Shown here: positions 29,457 to 38,420 of the stretch, in pieces | How positions within the stretch are numbered: the stretch's first letter is position 1 | Layout: each line of letters opens with the position of its first letter | Assembly: GCA_965248535.1 (NCBI GenBank) | Contig: CBDFJR010000002.1 | Coordinates: 1,760,001 to 1,824,000 of the forward strand | Reading direction: 5' to 3' | From: Phormidesmis sp. | GTDB lineage: Bacteria > Cyanobacteriota > Cyanobacteriia > Leptolyngbyales > Leptolyngbyaceae | Length of the DNA stretch: 64,000 nt | Program-made: the position numbers and the translations under genes | The notes under the pieces: generated by a model | The model's database searches: none | What the model saw: only the letters and a program-made list of their open reading frames with translations | What the model was told of the DNA's origin: nothing

Positions 29457-30512
29457 ATGGCACACCAGCAGATTCTCAAGTGGCTTCGGCAACGGCCCTG
29501 GTTGTTATTACCCCTGTTGGGGCTAATTCCCCTCGCAGGGTTGGCGTTAAATCAGCCCGCAGACCACCCTGCACCCCCGGTGAAACCAGCCCCTCAACCA
29601 AGGGCATCAGCTTCAGTGCCCTCTGTGGCTAACTCTCCACAGCCCAAGGCTCCAACCCCTAAACCGACGACCAAACCGATCGCGGCGAGTCCAACTCCGG
29701 TGAATCCGGCGATGTTTACCAAAGAGCAAGCGGCGATTAATCAACAAGCAAAGGCAGCATTTGCGGCCTCGACCGCGACCGTTGACTCGTTTATTGAGAT
29801 GCAGGTAGGGATCGCGATCGGGGTCAGCAGTGCCGCGATCGGGTCTTCGGCAGGGGCTGATTTGAGCGATCAGCAAGGGCATTCTCTGCATCAACTGTCA
29901 TCGGGGACGGCTTACACAGCCCAAGCAAGCGGCAGCGGACTAGATCTCGGTGCGTGGCAACTGCCTGCCTTGGTTTGGGTCGAGCCTGCGGCAGGAGGAG
30001 TGCTGTATTTAGGCAACAAGCCCTATCGCGGTAAGTTTTTGCTGGCGGCTCAAAAAGGGCGAGTCTGGGTCGTCAACTATGTCAATTTGCGGCACTATTT
30101 GTTTAGCGTTGTGGGCAGTGAGGTGTCTCCCAGTTGGCACATGAATGCGCTCAAGGCTCAGTCGGTGGCGGCCCGATCGTATGCCTTAACCTATTATTTC
30201 AAACCTGTTAACTCGCTCTATCAGATGGGAGCCGATGAATATTATCAGGTCTATAGCGGCACTGCCAGAGAAGCCGATCGGACTCAGCAAGCCGTAGATG
30301 CAACGGCAGGAGAGTTTGTCAGCTATCGCGGTGGCATTGTCGAGTCACTCTATGCTGCGTCTGATGACATCGTGGCAGAGGCGTTTCAGGGCAAGGGCAT
30401 GAGCCAGTTGGGGGCGCTAAATCTAGCAGAGCATGGCTATTCTTATCACCAAATTTTAGCTAACTATTACCCTAAAACTGGCGTTGCCCGCATTGAGCAA
30501 GATCATGAATGA
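29457..30512 (+). CDS. SpoIID/LytB-domain peptidoglycan lytic transglycosylase-like protein
   Basis: TM helix and Pro-rich linker; YRG, VNYVNL..YL.SVVGSE, ALKAQSVAARSYA, QVYSG, GMSQ.GA, ILANYY. Confidence 0.88.
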   Translation: MAHQQILKWLRQRPWLLLPLLGLIPLAGLALNQPADHPAPPVKPAPQPRASASVPSVANSPQPKAPTPKPTTKPIAASPTPVNPAMFTKEQAAINQQAKAAFAASTATVDSFIEMQVGIAIGVSSAAIGSSAGADLSDQQGHSLHQLSSGTAYTAQASGSGLDLGAWQLPALVWVEPAAGGVLYLGNKPYRGKFLLAAQKGRVWVVNYVNLRHYLFSVVGSEVSPSWHMNALKAQSVAARSYALTYYFKPVNSLYQMGADEYYQVYSGTAREADRTQQAVDATAGEFVSYRGGIVESLYAASDDIVAEAFQGKGMSQLGALNLAEHGYSYHQILANYYPKTGVARIEQDHE

Positions 30513-30703
30513 ATCCGCAAGTTCGACCCGTTGCTTGTGCTAATTCCGTCCATTTTTAGTAACAAAGGCTTAAATTCAGGAGACTCAGAGAATTGAGCTA
30601 CGTTGTTCATCTGACGATCGCACCCTCAACCGTCTGGGAAAAGTTTTACGATCTGCCCTTTGATATCGGTAAGATAGGCTGAGTCTTTGAGAATCAATCA
30701 CCT

Positions 30704-32734
30704 GTGTTAGAGCTACCCGCGTCTCGATCGAGTCTGTCTTCTCGCACTACCATTCCTGACCAGCGGTGGCATATTTTTCCGAGTCAGGCAGAGCGGGCAG
30801 AGCAGCTTGCTCAAACCACGAGCCTGTCTCCTTTGTTAACTCAGGTGTTGCTTAATCGCAACATTGAGACACCAGAACAGGTCAAGGTCTATCTCGATCC
30901 TGACTCTCAAGATTTACCGTCACCCCTAGAAGACTTTCCCGATCTGCCCCTCAGCTTAGAGTTGCTGATCAACGCCATTAACCAGCGCCAGCGCATTGCC
31001 ATCTGTGGAGACTATGACGCAGATGGGATGACCAGCACAGCGCTGCTGCTGAGAGCGTTGCGGTGTCTGGGCGCACAGGTCGATTATGCGATTCCCAGCC
31101 GGATGAGTGAAGGCTATGGCATCAACGAGCGGATTGTTGAAGACTTTCATGAAGAAGGGGTTTCGCTGATTCTCACGGTCGATAACGGCATTATGGCCCA
31201 CCAGCCGATCGCTAGAGCACGAGAGCTAGGGCTAGCCGTGATCATCACCGATCACCACGATTTGCCCCCTGTGTTGCCCGATGCCAACGCGATTCTCAAC
31301 CCCAAGCTGATTGCCGAAACGTCGCCCTATCGCACCATGGCGGGGGTGGGGGTGGCCTATGTTTTGGCGCTATCGCTGGCCCAGAGTTTTGACCAAACGC
31401 GAGAGCTTCGCGACAGTTTATTGGAACTGTTTACGCTGGGCACGATCGCCGATCTAGCTCCGCTGTTGGGTGTCAACCGTCGATGGGTCAAACGGGGACT
31501 GCAATTATTGCCAAAGTCTAGACTTGCAGGCGTTCAGGCGTTGATTCAAGTCGCGGGGTTGAGCGGTGAAAAAAATCTCAAGCCCGAAGCGATCGGCTTT
31601 CGGTTAGGGCCGCGCATCAATGCCGTCGGTCGATTGGCCGATCCTCAAATCGTGATCGAACTGCTGATCACTGACGATGAAGGGGTCGCCTTAGAGCAGG
31701 CAATGAAGTGTGAGCAAATTAATAAACAGCGTCAGCAGCTTTGCGAACAGATTGAGCAATCGGCGATCGCGGCTTATGAACAAGGCTCGCTAGATGCTCA
31801 AGACGATCGGGTGCTGCTGCTCGTGCAACCGGGCTGGCATCATGGCGTAATCGGCATTGTGGCCTCTCGGCTGGTCGAGCGCTATGGGGTGCCTGTGTTT
31901 ATCGCCACCTATGAAGACGAAGCCCAGCAGCACATTCGCGGTTCGGCCCGCAGCATTCCTGAGTTTCACGTTTTTGAGGCCCTAGAGTTTTGTAAAGATC
32001 TGATGCTCAAATGCGGGGGGCACAAAGCAGCAGGCGGATTCTCGTTTGAGGCCAGTCAGCTAGAGGCGATCCGATCGCGTCTTTGCACCTTTGCCCACCA
32101 GTCTTTAAAACCCGAACACCTCAAGCCGCTGGTCACAGTGGATGCCCAAGCCGATCTGAATCAGATTGACCTCAGCTTCTATGCTCAAATGGATGCCCTT
32201 CACCCCTGCGGCATGGAAAATCCCGATCCGGTGTTTTGGACTCCGAATGTCCGCATTAGTGACCAAAAACTGATCGGCAAAGGACACCTCAAACTAATGG
32301 TGTGCCAAGAAGATTTAGCCGCCGATCGGCTTGTAGCTAGTCAAAAAATGACCGCGATCGCGTGGCGTTGGGGCGAATATTATCCCTTACCCAAGCATCT
32401 AGACATTGCCTATCGCGTCAGAACTAATGAATGGAACGGCGAGGTTTCGATGCAGCTAGAGCTTGTGGGGGTCAGGCTGCCTGCTCAAGCGACAAATTCT
32501 GGGGTTGAGTTTTCCCATAGTCAACGCCAATATACCTGCGTGATTTTAGAGCGAGACGGCAGCAAAGAACTGAGAATTCGCAATTTTAAAGGCGAAGTTC
32601 TAGCCATTCAAAAAGGTCAAAAAATCGGAACGCTGGGCAAGACTCCGCAGACGGTCAAAGAGATAGACGTTTCTCAACCGCAGTTTTATCACTTGATCAA
32701 AGCGGCGATGCGAGCACTGGGATTAGGAGAATAG
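30704..32734 (+). CDS. recJ: Single-stranded-DNA-specific exonuclease RecJ
   Basis: GDYDADG, TVDNG, TDHH (DHH), PRINAVGRL, GGHKAAGG. Confidence 0.96.
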   Translation: MLELPASRSSLSSRTTIPDQRWHIFPSQAERAEQLAQTTSLSPLLTQVLLNRNIETPEQVKVYLDPDSQDLPSPLEDFPDLPLSLELLINAINQRQRIAICGDYDADGMTSTALLLRALRCLGAQVDYAIPSRMSEGYGINERIVEDFHEEGVSLILTVDNGIMAHQPIARARELGLAVIITDHHDLPPVLPDANAILNPKLIAETSPYRTMAGVGVAYVLALSLAQSFDQTRELRDSLLELFTLGTIADLAPLLGVNRRWVKRGLQLLPKSRLAGVQALIQVAGLSGEKNLKPEAIGFRLGPRINAVGRLADPQIVIELLITDDEGVALEQAMKCEQINKQRQQLCEQIEQSAIAAYEQGSLDAQDDRVLLLVQPGWHHGVIGIVASRLVERYGVPVFIATYEDEAQQHIRGSARSIPEFHVFEALEFCKDLMLKCGGHKAAGGFSFEASQLEAIRSRLCTFAHQSLKPEHLKPLVTVDAQADLNQIDLSFYAQMDALHPCGMENPDPVFWTPNVRISDQKLIGKGHLKLMVCQEDLAADRLVASQKMTAIAWRWGEYYPLPKHLDIAYRVRTNEWNGEVSMQLELVGVRLPAQATNSGVEFSHSQRQYTCVILERDGSKELRIRNFKGEVLAIQKGQKIGTLGKTPQTVKEIDVSQPQFYHLIKAAMRALGLGE

Positions 32735-32739
32735 TTGGC

Positions 32740-32880
32740 TTGACACTCCCACGGCTCCGCAAAGCTAAAGCCGTGGGATTCTTGGTTCAATGAAACCACT
32801 TAACCTAGAGTCCTTGCGTCATCTAGACCAGAGGTGGGATTCTCCCCAAGCGTTAATTCGGGTATGCCCTACCCTATTTG
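32740..32880 (-). ncRNA. Putative TnpB omegaRNA (reRNA) scaffold
   Basis: Spans the tnpB 3' relic through the right-end hairpin, the region known to encode omegaRNA in IS605/IS1341 elements. Boundaries are approximate. Confidence 0.55.
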
Positions 32881-32891
32881 CTTTTCTCTTA

Positions 32892-32931
32892 CTCAGTTGC
32901 CTGCGACGGGAAACCCGTCTTCAGCACTGAG
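32892..32931. repeat. Short palindromic dispersed repeat (GACGGGAAACCCGTC core)
   Basis: CTCAGT-TGCCTGC-GACGGG-AAA-CCCGTC-TTCAGC-ACTGAG nested hairpin, similar to cyanobacterial small dispersed repeats. Confidence 0.55.
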
Positions 32932-33056
32932 CGCCGCAAGTCCTGTTTAAGTTTGAAGCAGATAGGCCTCAAAATGCTGTTTGTCTAGCTCCTCTGAATC
33001 GTTTACCTACTGCGAGGGGGAGTCTAGAAAAATGCAGTAGAACCGCATAGATTCAA

Positions 33057-33068
33057 TTTTCAAGGTTC
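33057..33068 (-). promoter_or_regulatory. BoxA antitermination motif GAACCTTGAAAA
   Basis: Exact match to the cyanobacterial rrn BoxA sequence; about 60 nt downstream of an extended -10-like TGTGATAAT (33136-33128). Confidence 0.6.
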
Positions 33069-33261
33069 AGCGTGTCTCTCGACAGCAAGGTTTTTAAAGT
33101 GGTTGGTTACCTTTCCACAAGTACAAAATTATCACAAATCGGAGTGCGATTTCATGAAGATTGCTGGACTCTGCCTGCTGCCGCAGGCGCGAGAACCCTC
33201 GCTACATCCCACGGCTGAAGCACGATGGGTTTTGCGGGTTCTCAGGCTCTCCCGTTTCTAT

Positions 33262-33290
33262 AAAAAAGCCCGATCGTGCGATCGGGCTTT
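33262..33290. terminator. Bidirectional rho-independent terminator (psb30 / recJ)
   Basis: AAAAAAGCCCGATCG-TG-CGATCGGGCTTT; stem with T tails on both strands. Confidence 0.8.
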
Positions 33291-33360
33291 GGAGCTACTC
33301 TCTCTTAAACTTGATAAAACTTTGTCAGGCTAGCTGAATCTAAACTACAGGCGCTAACTT

Positions 33361-33480
33361 CTAGAGGTTGCCGTTCCGCAACGCTAGCAAGAAAATCACA
33401 ATGGGGCCTGCAATCACGATCGCTGCAAGCATTGATAATTGAGCAATCGCCTCAAAGTTGATATTGCTTAGAAACTCCAT
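33361..33480 (-). CDS. psb30: Photosystem II reaction center protein Psb30/Ycf12 (not in ORF track)
   Basis: Manual translation MEFLSNINFEAIAQLSMLAAIVIAGPIVIFLLALRNGNL; GGAGG Shine-Dalgarno upstream. Confidence 0.95.
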   Translation of the reverse strand: MEFLSNINFEAIAQLSMLAAIVIAGPIVIFLLALRNGNL

Positions 33481-33721
33481 TTCCCCTCCCAACAAGCCTG
33501 ATAACGTCTGAACCGAAATCTCAATAGTTAATATCTTATCGGTACGATCGCACCTTTCTTAAAAAGCTTCACAAAACTCTAAAAAACTTAAATCCCAATC
33601 CCATCTGACCGTCAGGGTTTGTTAGAGTGAGTTGTTCCTTCACTCAGATAGTGTCTCATAGTCTCGATCCCCATTCAGTGCAACTCTGAGGCGAAGATCT
33701 TCCTCCAACTTTCTAAACCCT

Positions 33722-34072
33722 ATGGCAACCTGGCTTTGTGTCAAACAGTGTGGTGCTTGCTGTCACCTCGACCCCACCGATCGTCCCGATTTAGAAGACT
33801 ATCTCTCAGCCGCCGACCTTGAGCTTTATCTCAGCATGGTGGGCGACGATGGCTGGTGCATAAATTTTGATTCCAGCAGCCGCGAGTGCCGCATTTATGA
33901 GAATCGCCCAAGCTTTTGCCGAGTCGAAACAAAAACGTTTGAAGCCATGTTTGGGGTTGAGCCTGAAGAACTCAACGATTTTGCGATCGACTGTTGCCGT
34001 GAGCAGATCGAAGGCGTTTATGGCGATCGCAGTTTAGAAATGCTGCGCTTTGATCAAGCTATTGGTCTCTAA
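33722..34072 (+). CDS. YkgJ-family cysteine-cluster (CxxCxxCC) protein
   Basis: CVKQCGACC, GWCINF, CRIYENRP.FCR. Confidence 0.88.
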   Translation: MATWLCVKQCGACCHLDPTDRPDLEDYLSAADLELYLSMVGDDGWCINFDSSSRECRIYENRPSFCRVETKTFEAMFGVEPEELNDFAIDCCREQIEGVYGDRSLEMLRFDQAIGL

Positions 34073-34133
34073 AGATTGCCAATTACCGCAAAGTCCAAGA
34101 TAATGAAAGAAATGTGAAAAGCAGTGTCTATTC

Positions 34134-34535
34134 ATGCCACTAACCGAACTTTCTGCCCCCGGTCTTCCCACTCCCTCAATCGAGCCTGGTTTCTCTGACC
34201 CGTCCATAGCGCTAGAGAAAGAAGACCCCTCGATCGTCGCTCCAGCCTCAACCTGGGACGTTTGGAAGGTGTTTGGTTCCACGTTTGCCACCATCTTTTT
34301 GGCAGAACTGGGCGACAAAACCCAGGTCGCGACGCTGTTGATGAGCGCTCAATCTCAAAACCCTTGGGTCGTGTTTGCGGGTGCGGCTTCTGCTTTGGTT
34401 GCCACGAGTTTAGTGGGCGTGTTGGTTGGTCGCTGGTTGAGCACCCGCCTTTTGCCGAGAACCCTTGAAAAAGCAACTGGAATGCTTTTGCTTGTGATCT
34501 CAGCCTTGCTGGTTTGGGATGTCGCCAGAATGTAG
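34134..34535 (+). CDS. TMEM165/GDT1 (UPF0016) half-transporter, putative Mn2+/Ca2+ transport
   Basis: FLAELGDKTQ signature; 3 TM helices. Confidence 0.9.
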   Translation: MPLTELSAPGLPTPSIEPGFSDPSIALEKEDPSIVAPASTWDVWKVFGSTFATIFLAELGDKTQVATLLMSAQSQNPWVVFAGAASALVATSLVGVLVGRWLSTRLLPRTLEKATGMLLLVISALLVWDVARM

Positions 34536-34551
34536 TCAGGAGTCAGCAGCA

Positions 34552-34848
34552 ATGGATTGGCATCTTCTAGGGTTAAGCTTTATCACCGTTTTTTTGGCAG
34601 AGTTAGGCGACAAAAGCCAGCTTGCGGCGATCGCGCTCAGTGGCGCAAACGCTAAGTTTCCGAGAGCGGTTTTTTTGGGCACGATCGCGGCCCTGATTCT
34701 CGCTAGCTTTTTGGGTGTGATTGTAGGCGAAGGCACGGCTCAAGTGTTGCCTGCTCAATTGGCTAAAGCGATCGCCGCCGCCGGGTTTGCGATTATGGCC
34801 ATTCGGCTGCTCTGGTTTGGCTCTAAAGAGTCAGAGTTGCCCAAATAA
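34552..34848 (+). CDS. TMEM165/GDT1 (UPF0016) half-transporter, partner subunit
   Basis: FLAELGDKSQ signature; ATG at 34552 with AGGAG upstream. Confidence 0.9.
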   Translation: MDWHLLGLSFITVFLAELGDKSQLAAIALSGANAKFPRAVFLGTIAALILASFLGVIVGEGTAQVLPAQLAKAIAAAGFAIMAIRLLWFGSKESELPK

Positions 34849-34906
34849 AAGCCTCCGGTTTTCCGAAGGCTAGATAGAATTTGACTATCTAAACTGGGTT
34901 AGAAAC

Positions 34907-35428
34907 CTAGACTTCTGATGGGCGATCGAGTTGCCAGCTTAAGAGAACGCCGCCGATCGTCAGCTTGACCGCTTCTAAAACCCAATAGCCCCCATGAAGT
35001 TGATTCATGCCAGCGGGCACGTCAACGGCGGTGTCAAACCAATTGAGATGGGCACCTAAAGAACTCATTTGAGGCGATAGAAAATAGGTGCAAACTAGCG
35101 TCACTGACAGCATCAGCAGTGACAGCATCACACTCTGAGCACCGCGAGACTCTCTTGACTTAGACCCTTGTCGCTGAATCAGCAACCCAGTCACAGCAAC
35201 GGCTGCACAGACTAGCTCCAGTCGATTAAAAACCCAAAAAAGCCCATAGCCTGCGGGGACAAAATCAGGCTGAGTCAACATCCCCGATGCTGCGAGACTG
35301 GGCATGATTACTAAGTCTAAAAGGAGGCTGGTGCTTAACCAAAACGCTAGCACGATCGTCAAAACTTTGTGCCAAACAACCGATTTAACCGCATCTGTTG
35401 AGTAAGCAACCTTAGAACTGGAAACCAT
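34907..35428 (-). CDS. Membrane protein, DUF4149-like
   Basis: 4 TM helices; FWVFNRLE, MNQLHGGYWVLE. Confidence 0.7.
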   Translation of the reverse strand: MVSSSKVAYSTDAVKSVVWHKVLTIVLAFWLSTSLLLDLVIMPSLAASGMLTQPDFVPAGYGLFWVFNRLELVCAAVAVTGLLIQRQGSKSRESRGAQSVMLSLLMLSVTLVCTYFLSPQMSSLGAHLNWFDTAVDVPAGMNQLHGGYWVLEAVKLTIGGVLLSWQLDRPSEV

Positions 35429-35539
35429 AACAAGCCTCTATCTCATCTTCTGTTAATAGACTAACAAATTTCTTCTTTGTGACTGATTAATAAATAAGAA
35501 ACTTAGCATTTTAATCTCGCAAACCTGTCTTTAAAAGCC

Positions 35540-35571
35540 GATGAACCTGACGGAAAAGTGTCAGGTTCATC
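35540..35571. other. Perfect 12-bp inverted repeat (terminator or operator)
   Basis: GATGAACCTGAC-GGAAAAGT-GTCAGGTTCATC in a divergent intergenic region. Confidence 0.7.
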
Positions 35572-35962
35572 ACAAAAGATTAAAGAACAAACGAAGGTTG
35601 TATAGGTGAACAGTGACTGCAATTCCGTTGCCATGAAACCAGAGTCATTCCTCCTTCTCCAATAACAGATCAGACTAGTCACAAACTAAGCTGCACTTTG
35701 TGTGGAATCGCAGGTGCTTTGGGAAGGAGACACAGCCCAAAAACAATAATTAAGAGATTGAAGAGTGCATCTCTGGGTGTCTAAATTAACCCTAGCATCG
35801 CTCTCTAAAACCGGGAGGCATCTTTAATAGATAAAGACTGAATTTAACAGAAGTTAATATTTACTCAAACAACGACACACAGCCAGACAAAACTGAATTC
35901 GTTAAGATGAATCTGTCTACCCCAACGCGTTGCCGATTTTAATTTAACCAAAACTATTTCTG

Positions 35963-36538
35963 ATGATGATTCGTCATTTTGCGCTGTCTTTAGGAGCCGT
36001 CTTTTTAGGGGTAGTGGGCCCGATCGTAGCCCCTCTCTCAGCCGCCCAAGCGGTGCAGCTTTCAGACGGCACGGTGTTTTTTACGGCACCTCCTCGACTC
36101 GTGGGAGCCTCTAGCACTAACAACTCTGTCTACGCTTGGTCGGTGACTTATTATTTCACCCTCAACCATTTAGAAAATGCTGGGGAACCCTTGCAGCGCG
36201 TGACGATCGCCCAAGATGAGGGCACCGACACCGTAAGATTTTCGTCTAGAGAGATTGAGGCGTTTGAGGGCAGCCGCGATCGCCTCGGCTCAAAGCTGCC
36301 GTTAGGAGAAGTGACGGTCGATCGCAAATCGCGCACGGTCACGGTGAACTTTGATCCTCCAGTGCCGCCCGGAAGACAGGTTACGATCGCGCTATCTCCC
36401 GATCGTAACCCCCTCTACGGTGGCGTTTATCTATTTGGAGTTACCGCCTTTCCGCCCGGTGAGAAAACTCACGGGCAATTTCTAGGGTTTGGACGACTCA
36501 GCTTTTATGAGGTCGGAAACGATTTCTTTTTTAGATAA
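35963..36538 (+). CDS. Secreted DUF2808-family protein
   Basis: Signal peptide ending in AQA; YYFTL, AGEPL, FDPPVPPG, NP..GGVYLFGVTAFP, FLGFGRL. Confidence 0.8.
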   Translation: MMIRHFALSLGAVFLGVVGPIVAPLSAAQAVQLSDGTVFFTAPPRLVGASSTNNSVYAWSVTYYFTLNHLENAGEPLQRVTIAQDEGTDTVRFSSREIEAFEGSRDRLGSKLPLGEVTVDRKSRTVTVNFDPPVPPGRQVTIALSPDRNPLYGGVYLFGVTAFPPGEKTHGQFLGFGRLSFYEVGNDFFFR

Positions 36539-36889
36539 TCAAAACGTTGAGCCATTCCAGCCCCACAGTGAGCCTTTAGCCTCGGTGAACTCAATATAAA
36601 TGCGATCGCTGGGCACGGCCAGAGCTTGCTGAATGTGTTGGCAAAAGTCTTGACTCATTGCTTGAACCTGAGCAGAACTCATGGAACCCACGCTCTTAAT
36701 CTCGACATAGCACGTTGGCTCGATCGTGCCGCCAAAAGTCATGCTGACCCCCGGTTCATAAGCGGTCATCACATAAGATTCGGGCTTGCCTGTGTGTTTG
36801 GCCAATCGGGCCGAAAGTTGCTTCAGCAGTGGATCGATCGTGGCAGGGTCAGCGATCGTGACCGAGGTTTTAACTTTGATCAAAGGCAT
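36539..36889 (-). CDS. MIF / phenylpyruvate tautomerase family protein
   Basis: N-terminal catalytic Pro (MPLI), GKPESYVM, RIYIEF, WGWNGSTF. Confidence 0.93.
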   Translation of the reverse strand: MPLIKVKTSVTIADPATIDPLLKQLSARLAKHTGKPESYVMTAYEPGVSMTFGGTIEPTCYVEIKSVGSMSSAQVQAMSQDFCQHIQQALAVPSDRIYIEFTEAKGSLWGWNGSTF

Positions 36890-36907
36890 AAGACGCTCAT
36901 CGTTGGG

Positions 36908-37387
36908 TTAACCGCCATATTGCCAGCCTGTAGTTTCGAGCAAAAGCGGGTTGCCCTCGCGATGCACCCCAGCGGCAATCACCTCACCGACAAAAACCGT
37001 GTGATCGCCTTTGTCCACCTGTCCAACCACTTGACATTCGACATAGCCCAGCGAATCAGAAATAATCGGGCAGCCCGTTTCGCCTAGATAAAACTCGACT
37101 TCCTCAAATTTATTGCCGACCCGACGCTGGGGTTTGAAGAAATTCTGCGCCATTTCTTTTTGCCCCTCTTCTAAAAAGCTGAGGGCAAACACGCCGCTAG
37201 AGAGAATCATGGCATGGGATTTTGAGTCTTGCTTGACGCAGTTGATCACGAGCGGCGGCGTAAAAGAAGCCTGCATCACCCAACTGGCCGTAAAGCCATT
37301 GACTTCTTCACCCTCTTTGACCCCGCAGACATATAGCCCGTGAGGAATTTTCCGCAACATCGTCTTTTTAGCCTGTTCGTCTAGCAT
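36908..37387 (-). CDS. Flavin reductase family protein
   Basis: NGFTASWVMQASFTPP, GDHTVFVGEV. Confidence 0.92.
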   Translation of the reverse strand: MLDEQAKKTMLRKIPHGLYVCGVKEGEEVNGFTASWVMQASFTPPLVINCVKQDSKSHAMILSSGVFALSFLEEGQKEMAQNFFKPQRRVGNKFEEVEFYLGETGCPIISDSLGYVECQVVGQVDKGDHTVFVGEVIAAGVHREGNPLLLETTGWQYGG

Positions 37388-37472
37388 TGGAGCCTATGCC
37401 TCGCTGATTTTCTAGGGTTGAGCCTACTCATTCTAGAAGGATGGAACCCAAAAATCATCTTTCTCTGACAGC

Positions 37473-37509
37473 AAAGCCGATCGCTCTGGCAGTCAGAAGC
37501 ATCGGCTTT
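37473..37509 (-). terminator. Probable psbY terminator
   Basis: AAAGCCGAT...ATCGGCTTT inverted repeat downstream of psbY. Confidence 0.55.
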
Positions 37510-37559
37510 GGGAAAGGTCGATCGGTGAACTCAATACTCAATTAAGAACTGAGCCAAGC

Positions 37560-37682
37560 TTAACTTTTTGCTAAGAAGGCTTGAATCTGCTTGATGGCGA
37601 CTGGAGCAATCCGAGAAACTGCCCAACCTCCGGCAGCCAAGATCGGAAGCAAAACTATTAAAATGCGAAAGTCAAATTCCAT
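37560..37682 (-). CDS. psbY: Photosystem II protein PsbY (not in ORF track)
   Basis: Manual translation MEFDFRILIVLLPILAAGGWAVSRIAPVAIKQIQAFLAKS matches the D.R..IVL.P...A.GWA..I...A..Q pattern. Confidence 0.9.
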   Translation of the reverse strand: MEFDFRILIVLLPILAAGGWAVSRIAPVAIKQIQAFLAKS

Positions 37683-37765
37683 AACCTGCGTTCTCTCTTC
37701 AAAAAAAATTTAGAATGCTTACTCTCATTTTTATCTTATTTGGGTGCGTTTTCAAAGCAGTTTTC

Positions 37766-38329
37766 TCAGTTTGATGGCTGCTGCACGTCAAAGCCGAGAT
37801 CAGTCCCTTTGCCAGCATGGACGAGGGCTAACTTTTCATAATGTTGAGCGTGTTGAATGAGGTCGTTGACTTCATCCTCTGACAAGTCACGCAGGGGTTT
37901 AGCGGGCACGCCGATGACCAGCGATCGCGCCGCAACATTTTTCGTCACGACTGACCCGGCCCCGACAATGCTGCCTGCGCCCACCCGCACCCCATCAAGC
38001 ACGATCGCCCCAATGCCAATCAAACAGCCCCGCTCAATGTGAGCACTGTGAATGACAGCCCGATGCCCGATCGTCACATAATCCTCAAGAATGGTGGGTT
38101 TACCCGGATCTCCGTGTAGAATTGCCCCATCTTGAATGTTGGTGCAGGCACCAATTAAAATTCGTTCTACATCGGCCCGGACGACAGCACCATACCAAAT
38201 GCTGGCTCCTAACCCCACGTCTACCCAGCCCATAACCGTCGCATTAGGGGCCACAAAGGCTGCCTGAGATAGGTCAGGCGGCGACCAGTAGGGCGAGGTC
38301 GATAGAAAAGATTCATCAAGGTTGGTCAC
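37766..38329 (-). CDS. Gamma carbonic anhydrase family (YrdA/CaiE-like) protein
   Basis: IWYGAVVRAD, NIQDGAILH, TIGHRAVIHS hexapeptide repeats. Confidence 0.92.
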   Translation of the reverse strand: MTNLDESFLSTSPYWSPPDLSQAAFVAPNATVMGWVDVGLGASIWYGAVVRADVERILIGACTNIQDGAILHGDPGKPTILEDYVTIGHRAVIHSAHIERGCLIGIGAIVLDGVRVGAGSIVGAGSVVTKNVAARSLVIGVPAKPLRDLSEDEVNDLIQHAQHYEKLALVHAGKGTDLGFDVQQPSN

Positions 38330-38420
38330 AGCTATACCGAATTGCTTGAGAGGGCGGGAAGCTTCCCTAGTTATAATAGTTTCACGATGACGCGCACCCT
38401 TACATGAACGCTAGCACTTC

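Larger units (their letters stand above)
32740..33259 (-). mobile_element. Non-autonomous IS200/IS605-family derivative (PATE/MITE-like) with tnpA and most of tnpB deleted
   Basis: Right end reads GAACCAAGAATCCCACGGCT..AGCCGTGGGAGTGTCAA on the - strand (hairpin 32747-32778, TCAA end at 32740). A related left-end hairpin lies at 33208-33229, nested in GAGAACCC..GGGTTCTC. Putative TTTAT target at 33260-33264; tnpB C-terminal relic RVGHTRINAWGE. Confidence 0.8.

Noticed and set aside
32740..33259. Possible CRISPR array/leader, tracrRNA or rRNA-operon fragment suggested by BoxA
   Set aside because: No repeat-spacer units, cas genes, or rRNA/tRNA sequence nearby; the ends fit IS200/IS605 instead.
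33103..33333. 76-aa + strand ORF
   Set aside because: It runs across the IS left-end hairpins and the terminator, and has no TnpA (HUH/Y1) or other motif.
37766..38329. Gamma-CA-like gene as a carboxysome component
   Set aside because: Generic YrdA-like family without SSUL repeats, and 16 kb from the ccm operon.
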